Positions 16,193 through 20,468 of a DNA stretch of 20,468 nucleotides are shown piece by piece. The notes beneath the pieces are model-generated. The model was not told the DNA's origin and searched no databases. It saw only the letters and a program-made list of their open reading frames with translations. Source of the DNA: a candidate division WOR-3 bacterium. Its GTDB lineage: Bacteria > Hydrothermota > Hydrothermia > JBDRYB01. Location: positions 1 through 20,468 of the forward strand of contig JBDRYB010000031.1 of assembly GCA_039803205.1 (NCBI GenBank). Direction: 5' to 3'. Numbering within the stretch: the first letter of the stretch is position 1; each line of letters begins with the position of its first letter. The position numbers were made by a program, and so were the translations under genes.

Positions 16193-17403
16193 CCCAGGGC
16201 CTCCTTTGCATATTTGATGGCCTCAGCGAGCCGGTCTATCTCCTCCTTGGTGTTATATATGTAAAATGAAGCCCTCGCGGTGCCCTGGTTTGCGCCAATA
16301 GCAACGGAAAGGGGTTGCGCGCAGTGATGGCCGGAGCGAACGGCAATTCCGAACGAATCGCAAACCTGAGCTACATCGTGGGGATGCACGCCTTGAACAT
16401 TAAAAGCCAGTATCCCAAGCCTCTTATCTATTGAAGGGCCATAGACACGCACGAAATCCAGGCCTGATAGCCTGTCTATGGCATAAGCGAGCAGATCGCG
16501 CTCGTGTCCCAGGACCTCGTCAAGGCCTATCCCCTCCAGGTAATCTATGGCAGAGGCAAGCCCAATCCCACCGCATATGTGCGGGGTCCCTGCCTCGTAT
16601 TTCCAGGGAAGGTCGTTCCACTTAGCCCCTTCAAGGCTAACCTCTGAGATCATGCTGCCGCCTGTGAGAAAAGGCTCTCCCTCCCGCAGGAGTTCTTCTT
16701 TCCCCCAGAGAACCCCGATCCCAGTTGGGCCGAGCATCTTGTGGCCAGAGAAAGCGAGGAAATCAGCGCCGAGTTCCCCGACATCAACAGGCATGTGGGG
16801 CACAGATTGAGCGGCATCAACTACCACTATCGCTCCAACCCTGTGGGCCATCTCCGCTATATCAGAAACAGGATGTATTGTCCCGAGGAGGTTTGAGACA
16901 TGCTGAACAGCGACTATCTTGGTCCTGGGGGTTATCAGATCCTTAGCCTCATCAAAGACGAGGGTTCCATCAGATTTTACTGGAATATACTTCAGGACAG
17001 CATTCTTTTTTCTGGCGAGGACCTGCCACGGAACCATGTTTGAATGGTGCTCTGAAACGGTCGTGACTATCTCGTCGCCCTCGCCCAGGATCTTCTCGCC
17101 AAAGGCAAAGGCAACCAGGTTGAGCGATTCGGTCGTGTTTCTCGTGAATATTACCTCTTTCCAGCTCCCAGCGCCTATGAAATCAGCCACACGCTTGTGG
17201 GCCTCATCGTACATCTTGGATGCCTTGACCGAAAGATAGTGTATTCCCCTGTGAATGTTAGCATTGCACTCCCTGTAGAACCCTTCTATTGCCTTCATCA
17301 CGCACCTGGGCCTGAGAGTCGTCGCCGCGTTGTCAAGATAACACAGCGGATAATCCCCTACCTTTACTTGGAGCGTCGGAAAATCTTCGCGCAGGTCTTT
17401 CAT
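16189..17403 (-). CDS. sufS: Group II cysteine desulfurase
   Basis: Motifs YLDNAATT, NIHRG, EHHSN, DAAQS, SGHKMLGPTGIG (PLP Lys), EAGTP and RSGHHCAQP (catalytic Cys). The likely start is ATG 17403 (MKDLREDFP). Confidence 0.95.
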   Translation of the reverse strand: MKDLREDFPTLQVKVGDYPLCYLDNAATTLRPRCVMKAIEGFYRECNANIHRGIHYLSVKASKMYDEAHKRVADFIGAGSWKEVIFTRNTTESLNLVAFAFGEKILGEGDEIVTTVSEHHSNMVPWQVLARKKNAVLKYIPVKSDGTLVFDEAKDLITPRTKIVAVQHVSNLLGTIHPVSDIAEMAHRVGAIVVVDAAQSVPHMPVDVGELGADFLAFSGHKMLGPTGIGVLWGKEELLREGEPFLTGGSMISEVSLEGAKWNDLPWKYEAGTPHICGGIGLASAIDYLEGIGLDEVLGHERDLLAYAIDRLSGLDFVRVYGPSIDKRLGILAFNVQGVHPHDVAQVCDSFGIAVRSGHHCAQPLSVAIGANQGTARASFYIYNTKEEIDRLAEAIKYAKEALG

Positions 17404-17435
17404 GTGAAAATTATCAGGCAGGACGATCCAGAACT

Positions 17436-18299
17436 TCAATCAGGGCTTAGCTGGGGGTATCTCTCGCACCTATCAGGAAAGAGTGTCACCACAGCCTTTC
17501 CTTCTCCGAGCTCCTCGCATGCCCTTTTGGCCGCAAGCCAAGCCGCTCCCGAGGATAGTCCCACCGGATAGCCTTTCCTGTTTAAGTATCTCGTGGCCTC
17601 AATGCCCTCATCCGAGGATATGAGAACGACCTCGTCTATGAGCTCCCGCCTCAGGTTCTTCGGGGTGAAATCATAGTAAATCCCTTCAATATTGTGAGGA
17701 TATTCGGTTATCTCGACCGTGAATACCTTACAATCCGGTTTCACCGCCTTCAATGCCGTCGCTATACCCGTGAGTGTCCCACCAGTCCCCCATCCAAGGG
17801 CAACCGCGTCAGGGATCCTTCCCAGCTGGGCTATTATCTCGGCAGCTGTCCGTATGTGGGATGCTGGATTATCCGGGTTGGCGAACTGATCAGCCATAAA
17901 CCAACCCCTTTCTTTTGCCATCCTCGCGGCCATTTCCATCGCCCCGGGCATACGCATGCTCTCAGGGGTCTCAATTATCTCCGCGCCAAGCCTCCTTATG
18001 AGCCTCTTTTTTCCCTCTGATGTGTATTCGGGTAGAACTATCACGCAAGAATATCCTCTCGCCGCGGCCACGAGAGCGAGACTCGCACCCATGTTCCCAG
18101 ATGTTGCTTCAACTAAGGTTCCGCCGGGCTTCAGCTCCCCCCTTTTCTCAGCCCCGAGGACAATCCCAAGGGCTGGCCTGTCTTTGACTGAGCCGGTTGG
18201 GTTAGCGCCCTCAAACTTAGCATATAGCTCGGCGAAACCCTCAGGGGATTCCATCCTCAAAAGAGGAGTATTCCCAATAGCAGAGAGGATCCCTTCCAT
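17436..18299 (-). CDS. cysK: Cysteine synthase family (fold-type II PLP) enzyme
   Basis: Motifs IGNTPL, NPTGSVKDR (PLP Lys), EATSGN, QFANPDN, GTGGT, GLSSGA and FPDRCERY. CysK, CysM and related activities cannot be told apart by eye. Confidence 0.85.
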   Translation of the reverse strand: MEGILSAIGNTPLLRMESPEGFAELYAKFEGANPTGSVKDRPALGIVLGAEKRGELKPGGTLVEATSGNMGASLALVAAARGYSCVIVLPEYTSEGKKRLIRRLGAEIIETPESMRMPGAMEMAARMAKERGWFMADQFANPDNPASHIRTAAEIIAQLGRIPDAVALGWGTGGTLTGIATALKAVKPDCKVFTVEITEYPHNIEGIYYDFTPKNLRRELIDEVVLISSDEGIEATRYLNRKGYPVGLSSGAAWLAAKRACEELGEGKAVVTLFPDRCERYPQLSPD

Positions 18300-18411
18300 A
18301 AGTTAAGTGAAGAAATTATGAGGCGAGAAATCAGAGAACTTCAAAAACTAAGAGCGAACCAGGGGATCCGAATCCTATGTCACCAAAAATCAGAAAGGGC
18401 TTTCTCGTGCG

Positions 18412-18428
18412 CCAGAGCCTTCTCAACA
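18412..18428 (-). repeat. 17-bp core of a degenerate repeat, inverted copy of 20433-20449
   Basis: The reverse complement is TGTTGAGAAGGCTCTGG, identical to 20433-20449. Weaker similarity extends about 30 nt upstream. Confidence 0.7.
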
Positions 18429-18515
18429 CCAAGAGGGGCCGCTATCCTCTGATGACCCCAGAAACACAAGGTTTATGTTAAGTTGGGGATGAACCAAAGC
18501 GGGCGCGAGGGGCCT

Positions 18516-18545
18516 TTGCAACCGCTGTCTCCTTTGGTTTATAAT
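18516..18545 (+). promoter_or_regulatory. Sigma70-type promoter of tRNA-Asn
   Basis: TTGCAA (18516-18521), 18-nt spacer, TATAAT (18540-18545), ending 12 nt before the tRNA. Confidence 0.7.
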
Positions 18546-18557
18546 ATGAGCCTTCGT

Positions 18558-18630
18558 TCCTCGGTAGCTCAATCGGCAGAGCGGGTGGCTGTTAACCACT
18601 AGGCTGCAGGTTCGAGTCCTGCCCGAGGAG
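18558..18630 (+). tRNA. tRNA-Asn (anticodon GTT), CCA not encoded
   Basis: Acceptor stem TCCTCGG/CCGAGGA, D-arm GCTC-AATCGGCA-GAGC, anticodon arm GGTGG-CTGTTAA-CCACT (GTT at 18591-18593), T-arm GCAGG-TTCGAGT-CCTGC and discriminator G followed by CGT. Confidence 0.97.
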
Positions 18631-18769
18631 CGTTGAGGGAATTCAAGAAAGAGCCGCGGGTTTCTCCTTATCGGAACCGGCCTGCGGTCCCGGAACAGGT
18701 CATGGAAGCTAAGATGATCCCTCCTTAATCCGTCTGAGAAACGATGGATACCTCAGCTGAGGGGTCTTC

Positions 18770-18799
18770 ATATTACCTCTTTATCTCCCCTAGGGTCAA
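18770..18799 (-). promoter_or_regulatory. Possible minus-strand promoter facing the tRNA trailer
   Basis: TTGACC (18794-18799), 18-nt spacer, TAATAT (18770-18775). The palindrome CCTCAGCTGAGG (18751-18762) lies just downstream, and there is no convincing ORF. Confidence 0.4.
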
Positions 18800-18941
18800 G
18801 TGAGGGTTAGCTGAGCCTTATAGGAGGCCCAGGGGGAAGGAGGGGAAGCTAGGGGGTGGGTTTATCAGAGGTTTCGTGATCTTTTTGGAGCTAAACGATG
18901 AGATGAGGCGCGCCACACTGGTGCCTTATAATATTCCCGTA

Positions 18942-19679
18942 ATGAGAAGGTTATCCTTTTGTGGAATCATCTTCGTGGCCTGCGCGAGCGCACCAACGCC
19001 CGAGGACGCGAGGGCCTTTTACAGGCAGGGATACCAGTATCTGAATATGGGGGAGATAGCAAAGGCAAAGGAGGAGTTCAAGAAGGCGATAAAAGCGGAT
19101 TCTACCTTCGCGGAGGCGTATTGCAGGCTTGGATACATATATGCGGCAGAAGAGAACTATCCTGAAGCGATGCTCAACTACCGAAAGGCAATAGCCCTTA
19201 ACCCCGGATACGCGGAGGCGCACTATTACTTTGGGCTTTCGCTTCTTGCTACAGAAGATACAGCCAAGGCGCTTGAGGAATTCTATGCCGCGGTTCAGAG
19301 CGATTCAAATCATGTCCTAGCGCGCGAGGCGCTTGGTTCTTTCCTCTTGGCCGCAGGGAGATACGAGGAGGCTTATCCCCACTACGAGGTTCTCGCCAGG
19401 ATGAAGCCGCAGGACTTGAATATCCAATACACATTCGCGGTCCTGGGCTATTACTCCGGCCACTACAACGAGGCCCTCATCCCAGCTCAGCGCGTTCTAG
19501 CGGCTAACGACAACAATCCAGAGGCCCATCTCCTTCTCGGCTCTATCCTGGTTCAGCTCGGGAGATATGGCGAGGCAGGGGTTGAGCTCCAAAAGGCGGT
19601 CGATCAATTCAACGCAAGGGGAGACGCGGAGAACGCGGCAAAGGCTAAGGGGCTTCTTGATAAGATAAAAAAGAAATAA
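18942..19679 (+). CDS. Tetratricopeptide-repeat lipoprotein
   Basis: Lipobox MRRLSFCGIIFVA|C and about 6 TPR units (AEAYCRLG...A...YRKAIALNP, AEAHYYFG, PEAHLLLG). ATG 18942 lies 9 nt after TATAAT. Confidence 0.9.
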   Translation: MRRLSFCGIIFVACASAPTPEDARAFYRQGYQYLNMGEIAKAKEEFKKAIKADSTFAEAYCRLGYIYAAEENYPEAMLNYRKAIALNPGYAEAHYYFGLSLLATEDTAKALEEFYAAVQSDSNHVLAREALGSFLLAAGRYEEAYPHYEVLARMKPQDLNIQYTFAVLGYYSGHYNEALIPAQRVLAANDNNPEAHLLLGSILVQLGRYGEAGVELQKAVDQFNARGDAENAAKAKGLLDKIKKK

Positions 19680-19723
19680 TCAAAACGGATCTCCTGCCCC
19701 CAAGAGCCCCTGAGTTCTCCCAT

Positions 19724-20137
19724 CTAGCCCCTTAGAACCCTAGTGATGCTGTCAGAGTATTTCTGCACGGTAGCCCTGGCTGAGCCAAGAGGACCGTCCT
19801 TCTTTATGAGAAGGACATGACAGCACATCACTTCAGGTAAGGGACGAAGTATCACATTATACTTGTCGGTGGCTATGAAGATGTCCGTGGTGCGGCCGAT
19901 TACCTCCTCCCCACCAAGATAGTCCAGGTTCCTCATGTGCGAACGAACGAGGTCCGTGCAAAGGCTAGCGGCTTTCGCTCCATCCAGGCCTTTCATCTCC
20001 GGGGATGAGAGCTCATATACTGTTCCGGCCATCTCCATGTCAACAACAGCCGTATAGAGAAACCCTGGAACCTCCTCAGCCACCTGTTCAAGCACATACT
20101 TCATCTCTCGGTCCGTCCTTTCCTTTCCTTTAACCAT
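19724..20137 (-). CDS. Roadblock/LC7 (MglB-like) fold protein
   Basis: Helix-VPGFLYTAVVD-helix-DIFIATDKYNVILRPL...VLLIKKDGPLGSAR pattern typical of the roadblock fold. GGGAGG RBS 8 nt before the ATG. Confidence 0.7.
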   Translation of the reverse strand: MVKGKERTDREMKYVLEQVAEEVPGFLYTAVVDMEMAGTVYELSSPEMKGLDGAKAASLCTDLVRSHMRNLDYLGGEEVIGRTTDIFIATDKYNVILRPLPEVMCCHVLLIKKDGPLGSARATVQKYSDSITRVLRG

Positions 20138-20178
20138 CCGGCATGCCTCCCAGGCCTCCCAAAAATGGTAAGAGGCAA

Positions 20179-20208
20179 ATGATATTATCCCACATATAGC
20201 TGTGTCAA
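20179..20208 (-). promoter_or_regulatory. Sigma70-type promoter of the roadblock gene
   Basis: TTGACA (20203-20208), 18-nt spacer, TATCAT (20179-20184). Confidence 0.6.
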
Positions 20209-20214
20209 GTATTA

Positions 20215-20386
20215 GCTAAGTCCGTGGCGCTCAAGGACTTAGCGGATTTCAAACTCTGTAATCCTTACCCGGCCACAGATTTAAGGATTGCAGATCGCCG
20301 TAACTGACATGGCCCATTTCTAACCCCCCGTAAGTCCTTGCTGGACAAGGAGTTCGTTCAAAGTCCTTGTGGCACAAGCACATAGC
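20215..20386. repeat. Cluster of related palindromes, consensus TAAGTCCTTG-N5-CAAGGACTTA
   Basis: GCTAAGTCCGTG-GCGCT-CAAGGACTTAGC (20215-20243), CGTAAGTCCTTG-CTGGA-CAAGGAGTTCG (20329-20356), AAAGTCCTTG-TGGCA-CAAGCACATAGC (20360-20386) and the variant TCTGTAATCCTTA-N14-TAAGGATTGCAGA (20255-20294). Confidence 0.75.
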
Positions 20387-20432
20387 CATAATCGTCCCAG
20401 GGTTATGGGGCTGTAGTAGCCATTCTCAGCCA

Positions 20433-20449
20433 TGTTGAGAAGGCTCTGG
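20433..20449 (+). repeat. 17-bp core of a degenerate repeat, possibly the start of a CDS (ATG 20432, MLRRLWSKTPLS...) running off the window
   Basis: Identical to the reverse complement of 18412-18428. Confidence 0.65.
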
Positions 20450-20468
20450 AGCAAAACCCCGCTCTCCT

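Noticed and set aside
14770..18299. Canonical Dnd/Ssp phosphorothioation system
   Set aside because: No DndB/C/D/E or SspB/C/D-like genes are present, and the desulfurase is a group II SufS paired with a U-type scaffold.
18300..18480. SAM-I riboswitch or T-box upstream of cysK (TCATCAGAG...GGCCC on the minus strand)
   Set aside because: The GCAACC, GUGC and terminal GAUGA/GAUAA elements, the T-box motif and a terminator could not be found.
18445..18495. CTGATGA...GAAA suggesting a hammerhead ribozyme or fluoride riboswitch
   Set aside because: Stem II is not directly followed by GAAA, the 5' GAUG/P1 elements of the fluoride riboswitch are absent, and no fluoride-related gene follows.
20215..20386. 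CRISPR array
   Set aside because: The repeats are degenerate, the spacing is irregular (3 to 85 nt between N5 copies) and there are no cas genes.
18558..20468. Prophage or genomic island integrated at tRNA-Asn
   Set aside because: No integrase and no repeat of the tRNA 3' end within the window.
20401..20468. Frame GYGAVVAILSHVEKALEQNPAL as the tail of a RAYT/DnaA-C-like HTH protein
   Set aside because: It is preceded by an in-frame TAA at 20389-20391 with no start codon, and the similarity is too short to support.

Overview
Bacterial chromosomal window with fairly high GC. The C25-propeptide gene and gene content would fit an FCB-related lineage such as WOR-3, but this is inference only. 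Left end (1-3600) is a decayed accessory zone. An 812-bp IS5/IS1182-type derivative with 16-bp TIRs and a frameshifted, internally deleted transposase truncates a gingipain (C25) propeptide gene. A secreted beta-propeller-like gene and a 453-bp IS1380-like MITE follow. The middle holds a lipoprotein, a cobalamin-dependent methionine synthesis operon (YitJ-type HMT-MTHFR, stand-alone reactivation domain, split-type MetH), a UbiD-family decarboxylase and an ArnT-like glycosyltransferase. A minus-strand run reads cysK - sufS - sufU/iscU - HTH-fused N4/N6 DNA methyltransferase - unknown partner ORF - GT4, with the last three genes coupled by ATGA overlaps. The right end has tRNA-Asn(GTT), a structured trailer, a TPR lipoprotein, an orphan Roadblock/LC7-like gene and a cluster of TAAGTCCTTG-N5-CAAGGACTTA palindromes. 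Across the window, many genes appear leaderless (TANNNT box 6-11 nt before the start codon), and the 13-mer ATAATATGAGCCT occurs three times at predicted transcription starts.
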